Notes: generated by a model from the sequence alone, not told the origin. Shown: positions 11,392 to 25,221, numbered from the whole stretch's first letter. The stretch: DNA of 63,163 nucleotides, filler included, from Octopus bimaculoides (GCF_001194135.2; 10 parts of 9 records of this genome joined end to end with filler, not necessarily neighbours in it); one strand, 5' to 3'. Program-made: numbers and translations.

Positions 11392-12109
11392 ATTTATGCA
11401 TTTGCTTTTTTTTTTTTTGCTTTTTTTGAGCTTTGGATCATTCTCCCATTCTTATAATTCATATTGATATGGATATTTAAAATGACATTTTGCAGAAATA
11501 ACGTTTCTGAAGTCTTTAATATTCTACTTGTGGAGTTATTGCGGGTTGATTGTGAAGATTTTGGTATTTTCCAGCGTTGATTTGCATGTTATTTTCTTCT
11601 GTACAATTCTAGATTGCTTTAAAGTCCTATATATTCCTAATATAATGTCGCACTACATTCTCTTGAGACAAATAGTGTGTGCTTTGAAGTTTTTAGGTGA
11701 GTGACCAAGCATCTAAAGTTTACGAATTGTTTCTCAACTGGACATTTTCTTGAGAATGATATTCTGCCTTTCAGATAACTCAATGTGAGACAGATGCTTC
11801 TTTTTAGCGCAGATCTGGTCAAGCTTACGGTGAGTAAAGACACAAAATGTCCTCTCTATTCAATGCTAGCAAGAGTATCTTAGGTGAAACTTACATACAA
11901 TTTGAGATCTGTTTCTTACTTTCCCGGTGTTAATGCTTTCAATAGAGATTGGGATGCATATATACACATATCTATACGCATATAGATACATACACATGGA
12001 AATATATAATAATTCATATACATATATATGCACATATACATTTATAAATAGGCTGATACATACACATATCACTTCAAAAAATGCTGACCTTCTACCTTGA
12101 TTGAAAATA

Positions 12110-12510
12110 AAAACAATCCGAGAGATGATAGAATGGTTAGAACATCGGAGAAGATGCCTAATGGAATGTGTTCCGTCCTTTTACATTCTGAGTTCAAATC
12201 GAGTCGAGATCGATTATGATTTTACTCCCTCCGGAGACAATAAAATTAAAATTAATCACCAGTCAAGTACTGGGATTGATGTACTTGACTTCCCAAGAAA
12301 TTTACTGACTTTGTGCTCCAATTAAAAATAAATTATTACTCTCTGTAAAGCCAATGTTGTAAGGGAGGAAATCATAGATGTAGCGACGGACTAAAGGCCT
12401 TCTGTACTTAGTTCTGACTCATTGTTCTAGATTCAAATCCCGTCGAGGTCAACTTTGTCTTGCACTTTTCCGAGGCCATCAAAATAAGTATCAGTTAAGC
12501 ACTAATCACA
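12110..12510 (+). mobile_element. Two diverged SINE family B copies
   Basis: ttctgagttcaaatcgagtcgag...caagtactgggattgatgt and ttctagattcaaatcccgtcgaggtcaactttg...aaataagta. Confidence 0.75.
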
Positions 12511-13363
12511 CCAAATTGTGCGGGTTTATGTCAATGTCAGAAATCAATATCATTGGCTGTAAAAATGGTCTTACAGAATCGGTGGAGTTTTGGACTAAAA
12601 CTTTATAGTATTGATTGCCATATATTTACTTTCTAATTTCAAATGCTGCCGAGATCATCTCGCGTTTTATTCTACCGGTTTCGATAACGTAAAGTGCAGT
12701 CCAGTACGGGATTGATTCAATCATGACTAAACCCATTCTCAGCTTCCAAAATATGTGGTCTTGGCTTTTGCCAGCATATAATTCTGATACTATAGTTTTC
12801 TCACATTCCACAAATCTTTCTATTACACCAAAATTCTCAATACAACACACATTGCACTAAATTTGAATACTAGTTTTGTGAAAGCATCGATATAAATTTC
12901 TAATTGAACAAACATCATCATCGAATATTCGATCGCATCAATACTGTCATCTGCAATGTATCAGTCGACGCAACGACGTTCCTCTTTCTTTAATGTTTCG
13001 ATCGAATTCATGTATACAACAGACATTACTTCATTCTCATTTGCCATCTAGTCAGTAATGCAGTTTGTATCATAAATTATTGACATAACTATTGACTCAT
13101 CATCATTCAAATGTTGCATCCATGCTGATGAAGCTGATTGATATGATGTTATGAGGCACAGATTTATCTCTGAAGCATATAACATACATACCTCTCTCTC
13201 TCTCTCTCTCTCTCTGCCTATCTACTCATCTCTCTTCTATTTTTATTCCTTCTCTCTCTTTTTAAATATGTGCGCGAGTGTGTAGAAGAGTGAATGAAGG
13301 CGTGTATGAGTCAACTTGTGTAGGTTATAATAGAAATACACGTATGTATTATGTGAATATAAT

Positions 13364-13847
13364 AATCTTTTCTACTAGAGAAACAAGGCTTGAAATTCTA
13401 TAAAGGGGTGGATTTATCGATTACATGGACGCCAGTGTACAACTGGCAGTTATTGCATCGACTCCGAAAGCTGAAAGGCAAAGTCTATCTGGGTGGAATT
13501 TGAACTCAGAACGTAAAGACGAACGAAATACCAACAAGTATTGTATTCGGCGTGTTAACGATTCTGCCAGCTCGCTGCCCAGTTGTGTGGATACATAGAA
13601 AAAGGTAGACTGACAGAAAGCATGAGATGTATATTCATTTCAGTTTTGACGCAAGATCACTAATTTCAGGGAAGAGGGTAAGTGCATTGCATCGATCCCA
13701 GTGCTCATCTGACACTTATTTTATCGCCCTCCAAAGGATAAAAGGCGAAGTCGACCTCGGTGGAATTTGAACTCAGAACGTAAAGACCGACGTAATGCCG
13801 CTAAGAACGTCATCCTGCGTCCTAAAGGCTCTGCCAGCTCGCTGCCT
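13364..13847 (-). mobile_element. Two SINE family B copies (13364-13579, ~13645-13847)
   Basis: Reverse complements ending ctgccagctcgctgcc, both containing ggaatttgaactcagaacgtaaagac. Confidence 0.88.
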
Positions 13848-14008
13848 ACAGGAGATAAATAGGATATTTACATACATACATACATACATAATGTGTATAT
13901 GTATGTAGGTATCTATACACATTTACATACACATACGCACATAACTTCCGTCAAATGCAAGTATGACTGAAGAGAAATAGTCGCTTTGGACAGCAAAGAA
14001 ATACTGGC

Positions 14009-14218
14009 GTCAAATTTTGGCACAAGGCCTGCAATTTCGGAAAAGTGGATAAGTCGATTACATCAATTTTAATATTCAAATAGTACTTATTTTATCGACA
14101 CCGAAAGGATGAAAAGCCAAGTCAGCCTCAGCGGAATTTGAACTCACTACGTAAAGACGGACGAAATGCAGTTAAGCATTTTGTCCAGAGTACAAACGAT
14201 TCTACTAGCTCGCCGCTT
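14009..14218 (-). mobile_element. SINE family B
   Basis: ttttggcacaaggcc...tacttattttatcgac...ggaatttgaactc...agctcgccgc. Confidence 0.88.
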
Positions 14219-15189
14219 TACAGCAAAGAAATATTGTTTTTTTAATTTTGACACCAGCTAAAAATCATTAAATACACTGAAATGGAATACCTGCAAACAA
14301 CTTATAGATTTTTCTGCAAAAATTATAAATTCACATTTATGCTCATTTATGTTATGTTAGCTTATGTCTCATTGAAAATATCATTAAGAGTTTTCAAATA
14401 AGTAGAGTTACTAGCTAATGTTTCTTTATAAATGCAGTTTTTAAGCGATGCAATAAAAATATTTAGGTCTAGTTCAACATGTAACACACCGTCCTGTCAC
14501 CAAAATTTCAGCGATTGGGTATTGTTTCTTTGCGAGAAACTAGCTCTTTCCTAAAATAAAGGAACATTCTATTGTTGCTTTTGTTAATAAATGCAGTCAA
14601 AAGTGATCATTTATGTCGAATATTCAATTAAATATGATAAAATAGACGTGTCGCGTAGCAAGGAGTGGGTGTAATTATCGCGAAATATCCTCAGAGATTA
14701 GTCTCTTTGATATATACAGCACAGTTTCGTCTTTCAATAAAGTTAAAGGAAGCAATGCTACAAATAATACTGGTAAACAAATGGCCTCTAAGTGATCGCG
14801 TATCATGCTAGAAATAGCACTTAAATTTCCTTCATGTGCAACTTCACCATCCCTATGATAAAAAGCTGATAGTGTAACTGTTATATTGTGTGAGAATGCC
14901 AAAGTTAAAATGGTTATTCGAATGCATTTATTCATTGTTACCTGATCAAGATTAGCATACGACTAAACAACAACAATAATAATTTAATCTTTGAATCAAC
15001 TTTAACTGCAAATTTGTTCTAATTTCATTACAAGTGTACTCTTTGAATCTATAAATCTGAGAAGTGTGTAAAAGATCAAGAACTATTCTGGAAATAAATT
15101 ATATAGAAGTGTTAATTGCTCTTGGTCCAGAACTTTTAACTGTCAGTAATATCTGTGGATTAAAGCAATAAAGTATATATGAGCTGCCT

Positions 15190-15431
15190 CTTTCTCTTTT
15201 ACTCTTTTACTTGCTTCAGTCATTTGACTGTGGCCATGCTGGAGCACCGCCTTTAGTCGAGCAAATCGACCCCAGGACTTATTCTTTGTAAGCCTAGTAC
15301 TTATTCTATCGGTTCTTTTGCCGAAATGCTAAGTTACGGAGACGTAAACACACTAGCATCGGTTGTCAAGCAATGTTGGGGGGACAGACACAGACACACA
15401 AACATACACACACACACATACACATATACAT

Positions 15432-15467
<36 letters not shown>

Positions 15468-15935
15468 GTGTACATATATATATATANNNNNNNNNNNNNN
15501 NNNNNNNNNNNNNNNNNNNNNNNNNNNNNNNNNNNNNNNNNNNNNNNNNNNNNNNNNNNNNNNNNNNNNNNNNNNNNNNNNNNNNNNNNNNNNNNNNNNN
15601 NNNNNNNNNNNNNNNNNNNNNNNNNNNNNNNNNNNNNNNNNNNNNNNNNNNNNNNNNNNNNNNNNNNNNNNNNNNNNNNNNNNNNNNNNNNNNNNNNNNN
15701 NNNNNNNNNNNNNNNNNNNNNNNNNNNNNNNNNNNNNNNNNNNNNNNNNNNNNATATATATATATATATATACGACGGGCTTCTTTCAGTTTCCGTCTAC
15801 CAAATCTACTCACAAGGCTTTGGTCGGCCCGAGGCTATTGTAGAAGACACTTGCCCAAGGTGCCACGCAGTAGGAGTGAACTTGGAACCATGTGGTTGGT
15901 AAGCGAGCTACTTACCACACAGCCACTTCTACGCC
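15190..15935 (-). mobile_element. SINE family A (tRNA head + CORE-like domain + internal microsatellite + actctttt tail)
   Basis: Reverse complement of the 32036-32447 copy. The internal (CA/TA)n is spanned by an N gap. Confidence 0.9.
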
Positions 15936-17199
15936 TATATATATTTTAAGGAAATACACATTAATGATAGATATGCATTGTTAAAGTTGTTAAAGAAAAT
16001 CCAGTTGTACATACTTTTTAACTACTAAATAAACTAAGGCAACATACACGTAAATGCTCTGGCCGAATACACAATGATTTGAGCTTACTCTTAGTTCAGC
16101 AAACTATCAGCTGCATAGCAAATGTATGGCAGAAAAAATAGACCGCCGAATAAGGTTACTTTCCTTTACATTCTAATTTCAAATTTTGCCTAGGTTTTCT
16201 CTCTTACCTCTTAAGTATCGTTCTAAGGAAAGTGCTGTATTCGATGTACTCGACTCTACCATTAAAGGCGGTGCTCTACTGTGGCCAGATTCCAGTGAGT
16301 GGGTCACTAAAAAATAAAAGAAACCACATAAAATGCATGTAGCCTAATATAGCATCCATTCAGCCATTTATTTCATCTTCACTACTCTATAAGGAAAAAG
16401 CTTCTTTCGAAATACATCGTATTAAATTGCTGAAAGATGTCACCCTACTGCTTAATGGAGCGAAACATTTAAACCACAGTTTATCATCATAATACATTTG
16501 TGTTTCTTGACTTTGGTCCTTCAGGACATCTTCGTAATATGTAGGTTATACAAGTTGAGTAATTTAAATCGATGCATACATTCTTCTAAAGAAGTTTAGT
16601 AAGAAAATCAGCCGCAAAATGATAGGAATTTTTATACCGAGTAAAATATAGTATGTGATTAAAATATGATGGACTGAACATTCTCATCATTTTCTTGAAA
16701 GAAAGTGCAGAAAAATCTATTCAGATCAGCATTCATGGAAGAAATAATAGTTGCTTCAATACATCAATGCGAAATTAATGCTGTATGATTGACTATATGA
16801 TAACTTAAAGTCCGATTTCCTGTCAACGCGGAGACAGATGTTGTTGAAATATGAATAAGTGGACGCCAGTTTGAAATCAATGAACCAAGAATATATTACA
16901 TTGCATTATGAAGTATAAATAACCTATTTCCTACAGTTAGTTATGTTATGTGGTTCAGGTGAATTTTGACTTTCAGCTTCTATCTGTTGCAAACTCTTCA
17001 CTTGTGCACTTTACTAAAGCAATGAATATTATTAACATACAAATATAAATCATCAACAATTATATCAAAAGATAAAATATATACGTTATAGAGTATTTTG
17101 CTTTGTTTTTTTCTTTTTGTGTTACTTTCGAAACATAAAAATACAAGGCGCTTTCGTTTGTTCTTTCAAAAGAATATAAAATTAGAATAATTTTATAAA

Positions 17200-17795
17200 T
17201 AATTCTTTCTTACTGCGGCACGTGGTTGGCAATTTTAAGGAAGTTTGATCGATATCAGCCCTAGTAATTTTCTTGTGATATATTTCATCAGTCCCGAAGA
17301 GAAGAGATGACCTCAGTAGGATTTCAATCCAGAACATAAATGGACAAAACCAAAAGTCAAACGATTCTACCAATCCACTATAGTCATAAGAACTGAAATT
17401 TTAGGGTATGGGTGAGTCGATTACTTCGACTGCAGTGATCAACTGGTACTTATTTTATCGACCACGAGAGTATGAAAGGCAAAAACGACCTCGACAGAAT
17501 TCGAACTCAGAACTAATAACTTATAGACAAAAAAAATGCCATTAATCATGTTGTCCGATGCGCTAATGATTCGGTCAGCTCACCGCCCTTACAGGTACAC
17601 TAATAGAAATCATGTCTCCAGTCTCTCCGCAAGGTCAGCACATTTTGAGAAAAAAGAGAGTGATTTAGTCGATTAAATCGCCTCCAGCACTTAGCTGGTA
17701 CTTTAATTTATCGACCCCAGATGGATAAAATGCAATGTTAAATTCGGGTTGATTTGAATTCAGAACGTAAAGAGACGGAAACAAGTAATGCAATA
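17200..17795 (-). mobile_element. Cluster of three diverged SINE family B copies
   Basis: Repeated ggtacttattttatcgacc...aaaggcaaa...gacctcg...gaatttgaactcagaac blocks. Confidence 0.75.
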
Positions 17796-18102
17796 CATTT
17801 GCTCGACGCTTGGGTAGGAAATATCAGTTAAACCTCGGTATCCGGAAGTAAAATGCTATAAAATGTGTTGAAAGCTGAAACTTCTTAAAGAATTTCGTGT
17901 CGTTGATATATATTTGCTTTGTATGTATGCGCGTATGCATCAACATATTTCAGTGTTCAATCACATTTTCTTGATACATTAGGAAAGAGTATCTTTCAGT
18001 AGTTTCCGATTCACCAATATATTACGACTAGAATTTCACGGAAAAATAACTGTGCAAGAATTAGCCATATGTAGGTGATATGCATATATTTATACATAAT
18101 AT

Positions 18103-18144
<42 letters not shown>

Positions 18145-18300
18145 NNNNNNNNNNNNNNNNNNNNNNNNNNNNNNNNNNNNNNNNNNNNNNNNNNNNNNNN
18201 NNNNNNNNNNNNNNNNNNNNNNNNNNNNNNNNNNNNNNNNNNNNNNNNNNNNNNNNNNNNNNNNNNNNNNNNNNNNNNNNNNNNNNNNNNNNNNNNNNNN

Positions 18301-18500
18301 ATGGTGGTTGTCTACTCCTTAAACAGAGTTTGACCACCTCCTGCACCTACACCTTAGCCCTTTCATGGCGTCTGATGTGGCTTTTTAAACCAGACAGTGT
18401 TTTGAAAAAACACCCACACAGATTGCACCTCTGATTTGCACTACCAATACCTGCAAGTAAGTTCTGCTCATTGTGGATCCTAACATGTCTTTTAAGACCC
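18301..18500 (-). mobile_element. 3' end of a probable RTE-clade LINE encoding C2H2 zinc fingers
   Basis: GLKRHVRIH...CNLCGCFFKTLSGLKSHIRRH (C-x2-C-x12-H-x3-H), followed by a short tail ...KLCLRSRQPP that runs into a microsatellite/gap. No TGEKP linker. Confidence 0.6.
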
Positions 18501-18643
18501 ATATATATATATACATGTACACATGAACATACATATATAAACACATGCCAAATATGCACATAGAGATGCATCTAGCATGCATACATATAAATATATATGC
18601 ATACACATACATATATATGTGTGTATGTATATCTATCTATACA

Positions 18644-18744
<101 letters not shown>

Positions 18745-18859
18745 TGTGTATCTAGCAAATGTATACACACATTGAATGAAATGTATTTAAATCATCAGTG
18801 ATTATTTAAATACATTTTATTTTCAAAATTTAAGATAATCGACAGACAGAACTTAATTT

Positions 18860-19662
18860 TTCATGAACCCTTGTTTTCCAACTTATGTCCGTTCTGGTCC
18901 AGGTATTGCTATTGATGCGAAACAATGAAATCACAAAGAAGAAATATTTTAAACCCCGTTCTATGGCCACCATCAAGTGGTTGACTGTTGCCGGTTTTCT
19001 ACCGTAAACGTTATCTTTTAAATATCCTTATATAAGCCTAGTGCTTTGCGTTCCGGTGAACGGGGAACGAATTCTACCGAACCACTTCTTCCGATCTACT
19101 TTTTTTTAACAAAATTTCATGAGGGTAAGCTCTTACATTACTATCGTAGAGTGGGAGTTCCGCACCTTACTTCGGTCCCAATCATTTTCGTTGAAGACAT
19201 CATATGTTCTTGAAATGTAACTTTTCTAATGCTAGTATTACAACATGCGATGGACCCTTGATTTAAGAATTTCTATTTCATAACCGCTTGACTCACATAT
19301 TTTCTTGAAGTCTGGCACTACGTTTCTGGTACCCTCTCTTGCTTAGAAAGAATCGTCAATACCTGCGGCCTCCCGGAACTTTCCTTGTTGGCATTCTGAA
19401 AAATACCATCGGCTCCAAACTTATCCTTAATTCAAGTGATGGTAAGTCACATTGGTGGACCTCTTTTGAAACACCCTCGTTAACTGTCTTTGCACTTTGA
19501 CTGCGTTTTCACACTTCCAGTAGCCCTTTAGAACAGATTTTATTTGTTAAAAGATTAGTCTGACTATTTATTCATTTTAGTGAATTAAAGATAAAAAAAA
19601 GAAAATGAAAATTAAGTGAATCAACGACCATTAAGTGTGCATACATTTTAGGGAACACCCTG
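18860..19662 (-). mobile_element. Degenerate mariner-group (maT/rosa-like) transposon with one TIR
   Basis: TIR (TA)CAGGGTGTTCCCTAAAATGTATGCACACTT at 19633-19662. Residual translation VEFVPRSP...GYLKDNVYGRKPATVNHL resembles WPPRSPDL..WGYLK..VY. Confidence 0.75.
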
Positions 19663-19959
19663 TATATATATATATACATATATGAATATATAGTTTTAGG
19701 GAAAACAATAAAGAATAGAGCCCAATTTAATTTTAATTTTTCATAAATTGATTTTAATTGAGTTTTTACCTGTAATTTTGGATCTTGTCCCTAATNNNNN
19801 NNNNNNNNNNNNNNNNNNNNNNNNNNNNNNNNNNNNNNNTTAATTAATTAANNNNNNNNNNNNNNNNNNNNNNNNNNNNNNNNNNNNNNNNNNNNATATA
19901 TATATATATATATATATATATATAACGGACGAGATTTAACAGTAAGATTTAAAGTTGAG

Positions 19960-20028
19960 ATGAATAACAACAATAATAATAATGATGATAATGATGATGA
20001 TGATAATAATAATGATAATAATAATAAA

Positions 20029-20081
<53 letters not shown>

Positions 20082-20288
20082 TAATGGTTTCAAATATTGC
20101 CACAAGGGCACCAATTTTGCAGGAAGGGGATGAGTCGAGTACATTGACCCCAGTGTTTGATGGTATAATAATAACAATAATAGCAATAATAATAATAATA
20201 ATGGTAATAATACCATAGCTGATTCTTTTATTTGCCTTAAAATTGACGGATGAGAGACCATATAAAGGTTAATAATAATAATAATAAC

Positions 20289-20343
<55 letters not shown>

Positions 20344-20349
20344 GTAACA

Positions 20350-20419
<70 letters not shown>

Positions 20420-20420
20420 G
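19960..20420. repeat. (AAT)n/(GAT)n microsatellite complex containing a partial SINE B (~20088-20165, minus)
   Basis: Direct reading. Confidence 0.9.
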
Positions 20421-21379
20421 TGTATTTTGCTCCAGAGGCAACGGTGGAAGATGTTGCATTGGAGCAGATTCTAAATTTCATTTTTCCACCGAGCAAACAC
20501 ACGGACACACTTGATCGAAAACACGTGCCAAAACACACGCACATACACACGTACACAAACGTATACACACCCACAACTACGTATACGCACATCTCACACA
20601 CGCACAAACACACACACACACACACACACACGCATACACACACACACATACTGGCTCTGGTACTCAAGGACAAATACACCGTCATATATACGAACATACC
20701 CGCAAAGGCGCAAATAATAAATAAACAGCTAAGAAAATATAAAAACAAGAAAAGGAATTAGAGTGAAAATAAAACTAAAAAATGAATTAACAATTTACGA
20801 AAATGAAAGTAGCGTTATCAAGGGGAGATAACTCAGAGAGCCAAGAAAAATCAGCTGTGCAAAGCATGTGACCCAATCTTGGCTCAATATGGAGTGTATG
20901 TGTTTATATGTGAAAGTATGTGCATATGTGCGTATATATATATATATATATATNNNNNNNNNNNNNNNNNNNNNNNNNNNNNNNNNNNNNNNNNNNNNNN
21001 NNNNNNNNNNNNNNNNNNNNNNNNNNNNNNNNNNNNNNNNNNNNNNNNNNNNNNNNNNNNNNNNNNNNNNNNNNNNNNNNNNNNNNNNNNNNNNNNNNNN
21101 NNNNNNNNNNNNNNNNNNNNNNNNNNNNNNNNNNNNNNNNNNNNNNNNNNNNNNNNNNNNNNNNNNNNNNNNNNNNNNNNNNNNNNNNNNNNNNNNNNNN
21201 NNNNNNNNNNNNNNNNNNNNNNNNNNNNNNNNNNNNNNNNNNNNNNNNNNNNNNNNNNNNNNNNNNNNNNNNNNNNNNNNNNNNNNNNNNNNNNNNNNNN
21301 NNNNNNNNNNNNNNNNNNNNNNNNNNNNNNNNNNNNNNNNNNNTATGTATATGGGGGGTGTAATGTGTATGTGTATAAA

Positions 21380-21410
<31 letters not shown>

Positions 21411-21420
21411 ATTCGCATCT

Positions 21421-21619
21421 GTATATGTCCCCCACCGTTACATGACAAACGGTGTTGGTGTATTTACGTTCCCTTGACGTAGCGGTTCGGCAAAGAGACC
21501 ACTAGAATAAATACAAAGCTTTAAAAAGGAACGTACTGGGGGTCGATTCCTTCAATTTAGAATTCTTCAAGGCTTTGCTCCAGCATGGCCGCTGTCTAGT
21601 GACTGAAGCAAGTAAAAGA
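21421..21619 (+). mobile_element. SINE family A 3' half
   Basis: tgtccccc...gtgttggtgtatttacgttccc...agcggttcggcaaagagacc...gctccagcatggccgc...gactgaagcaagtaaaaga. Confidence 0.85.
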
Positions 21620-22053
21620 CACACACACACACGCACATATATATAAATATATGTATATATATATATATATATATATTACGGAAATGTACTTGCATAGCAA
21701 GTGACACACACACACACAGACTCACAATATGTATGAATATAACGTTTCTAGGTGTTTGTATGTATACACATATATATAGTGTATATATGTGAATGCGTGT
21801 GTGTGTGTGTGTGAGTATTTTTTATCTAATCACGGGACTTCATTATTATGTGTTCCTGTAATGACACTTCCTGCCTCGTTATTGCTGGAACGTTCCGCAT
21901 CACACATGTGCCTTTCTGCATATTTTACCCCAAATACTCGATCGCACATCAATCAATCGTGGATTGTATCCATGTATGCAGATGTGCATATGGAGATGTG
22001 TATAACTATACATACATACATACATACATACATACATACATGCATACATACAT

Positions 22054-22085
<32 letters not shown>

Positions 22086-23403
22086 NNNNNNNNNNNNNNN
22101 NNNNNNNNNNNNNNNNNNNNNNNNNNNNNNNNNNNNNNNNNNNNNNNNNNNNNNNNNNNNNNNNNNNNNNNNNNNNNNNNNNNNNNNNNNNNNNNNNNNN
22201 NNNNNNNNNNNNNNNNNNNNNNNNNNNNNNNNNNNNNNNNNNNNNNNNNNNNNNNNNNNNNNNNNNNNNNNNNNNNNNNNNNNNNNNNNNNNNNNNNNNN
22301 NNNNNNNNNNNNNNNNNNNNNNNNNNNNNNNNNNNNNNNNNNNNNNNNNNNNNNNNNNNNNNNNNNNNNNNNNNNNNNNNNNNNNNNNNNNNNNNNNNNN
22401 NNNNNNNNNNNNNNNNNNNNNNNNNNNNNNNNNNNNNNNNNNNNNNNNNNNNNNNNNNNNNNNNNNNNNNNNNNNNNNNNNNNNNNNNNNNNNNNNNNNN
22501 NNNNNNNNNNNNNNNNNNNNNNNNNNNNNNNNNNNNNNNNNNNNNNNNNNNNNNNNNNNNNNNNNNNNNNNNNNNNNNNNNNNNNNNNNNNNNNNNNNNN
22601 NNNNNNNNNNNNNNNNNNNNNNNNNNNNNNNNNNNNNNNNNNNNNNNNNNNNNNNNNNNNNNNNNNNNNNNNNNNNNNNNNNNNNNNNNNNNNNNNNNNN
22701 NNNNNNNNNNNNNNNNNNNNNNNNNNNNNNNNNNNNNNNNNNNNNNNNNNNNNNNNNNNNNNNNNNNNNNNNNNNNNNNNNNNNNNNNNNNNNNNNNNNN
22801 NNNNNNNNNNNNNNNNNNNNNNNNNNNNNNNNNNNNNNNNNNNNNNNNNNNNNNNNNNNNNNNNNNNNNNNNNNNNNNNNNNNNNNNNNNNNNNNNNNNN
22901 NNNNNNNNNNNNTATATATATATACACATATATATACATATATATACATGTATACTGTATATCACCCTCTTCTCGTGTATTGGCTCGTGAAATCATGTGC
23001 TTGCTCTTTACGTACCAATGTGAAAGCAGTTGTTTTACTGTCGATACAGAAATGGATCCAAAAGTTAAAAGTAGAATTAGATAATAAATCAGAGTATGTA
23101 CACATAAGATCACATATATACACTTATATACATCCACGGATACACACACACAGATATGATTTACAGCTTGTCCCATAATTAAATCTGCATTTAATCGTTG
23201 TTGTTATTCCAAATCCTGAAATGCTTATGGGACATATGGCAGATTTGCCTCCTATGCTGCATTCTGCAGTATAGCTATGGATGTCAGAGTTCAAATAACA
23301 CCGCACACACCAACAAACACACACACACAACACAACACAACACTCAATACGCGTACATCAGTACTTACATGCACCTAAGCACAAATACGTATGTGTTTTT
23401 GTC

Positions 23404-23456
<53 letters not shown>

Positions 23457-23929
23457 NNNNNNNNNNNNNNNNNNNNNNNNNNNNNNNNNNNNNNNNNNNN
23501 TTAATTAATTAANNNNNNNNNNNNNNNNNNNNNNNNNNNNNNNNNNNNNNNNNNNNATATATATATATATATACATATGTGTGTGCATATATGTATGGGC
23601 GTACGTATGTATATGTTCGTATACGTTTGTGTGGCTGCGTATCTCTCTTGTTGATGTTTGAAGGAGGCATTATGTGTGTATAAGACTATATAAGTGTGTG
23701 TATTTGTGTATGTATGGGTGTGCGTGTGTGTGTGTATGGGTGGTGTTGTTTATGTGTTCAAGTGTGTGCGTGTGTAGGGCAACAAGCATCCGTGCACTTC
23801 TAGACATAAACATGTTAAGGCGTGGCGTGGTGGGGATGCGGAGGCGGGATGTGGAGAATATATATATATATGCTCACACACACGCTCACATACATAATAC
23901 ATACATATACATTGTCATCAAATTAGCTG

Positions 23930-24114
23930 TCGTTGTCGTCGTCGTCGTCATCATCTCCACCACCACCACCACGACCAACACCACCATCATCATCATCATC
24001 ATTATCATCATCGTCATCATCATCATCATCATCATCATCATCAACATCATCATTATCTTCATCACCACCATCATAATCACCATCATTATAACCTCCACCA
24101 CCACCACCACCACC
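23930..24114. repeat. (GTC/CAT/CAC)n trinucleotide complex
   Basis: Direct reading. Confidence 0.9.
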
Positions 24115-24613
24115 NNNNNNNNNNNNNNNNNNNNNNNNNNNNNNNNNNNNNNNNNNNNNNNNNNNNNNNNNNNNNNNNNNNNNNNNNNNNNNNNNNNNNN
24201 NNNNNNNNNNNNNNNNNNNNNNNNNNNNNNNNNNNNNNNNNNNNNNNNNNNNNNNNNNNNNNNNNNNNNNNNNNNNNNNNNNNNNNNNNNNNNNNNNNNN
24301 NNNNNNNNNNNNNNNNNNNNNNNNNNNNNNNNNNNNNNNNNNNNNNNNNNNNNNNNNNNNNNNNNNNNNNNNNNNNNNNNNNNNNNNNNNNNNNNNNNNN
24401 NNNNNNNNNNNNNNNNNNNNNNNNNNNNNNNNNNNNNNNNNNNNNNNNNNNNNNNNNNNNNNNNNNNNNNNNNNNNNNNNNNNNNNNNNNNNNNNNNNNN
24501 NNNNNNNNNNNNNNNNNNNNNNNNNNNNNNNNNNNNNNNNNNNNNNNNNNNNNNNNNNNNNNNNNNNNNNNNNNNNNNNNNNNNNNNNNNNNNNNNNNNN
24601 NNNNNNNATATCT

Positions 24614-24647
<34 letters not shown>

Positions 24648-24668
24648 ATGTATGTATGTATGTATATA

Positions 24669-24717
<49 letters not shown>

Positions 24718-25003
24718 GTATATACATGCATATACATACATATATATATATATACATGCACATATATATGTATACATATATCTATATGTGTTTGTATGTA
24801 TGTATATGCATACAAACATATGTATTACATAGACACATACACACATACATCAATGCATACATACACACACAAGTATTCATTTATACACACGTGCAAACAT
24901 AATACATATATGTATACATGTATACACCGATCTATCTATCTGTATGTGTGTATATGTGTGTATTGTGTATTTATGTGTGTGTGTGTGTGTTTGTGTGTGT
25001 GTA

Positions 25004-25221
25004 TGAGGGGGTGCTGAAAAGTTCTTGGCTTTGGGTGAAAGAAAATGCAGGAGGATCAGTTAATTAGGATTTTATTTCATAAATTTCCCCTCCCAGATTC
25101 ACACATTTATTGCAGCAGTCCTTCAGTTTTTCTAAGCCCTATAAAAAATCTCGGACAGTTGGACCTACAACCAGGCATTTCGCGACACCCTTAAAGCCAG
25201 GAACTTTTCAGCACACTCTCG
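25004..25221. mobile_element. Mariner-type MITE (~218 bp) with TIRs and TA duplication
   Basis: Left TA-tgagggggtgctgaaaagttcttggcttt; right aaagccaggaacttttcagcacactctcg-TA. Confidence 0.88.

Noticed and set aside
20795-25017. Many 150-450 aa ORFs
   Set aside because: They consist of N gaps (X) and dinucleotide or trinucleotide repeats.
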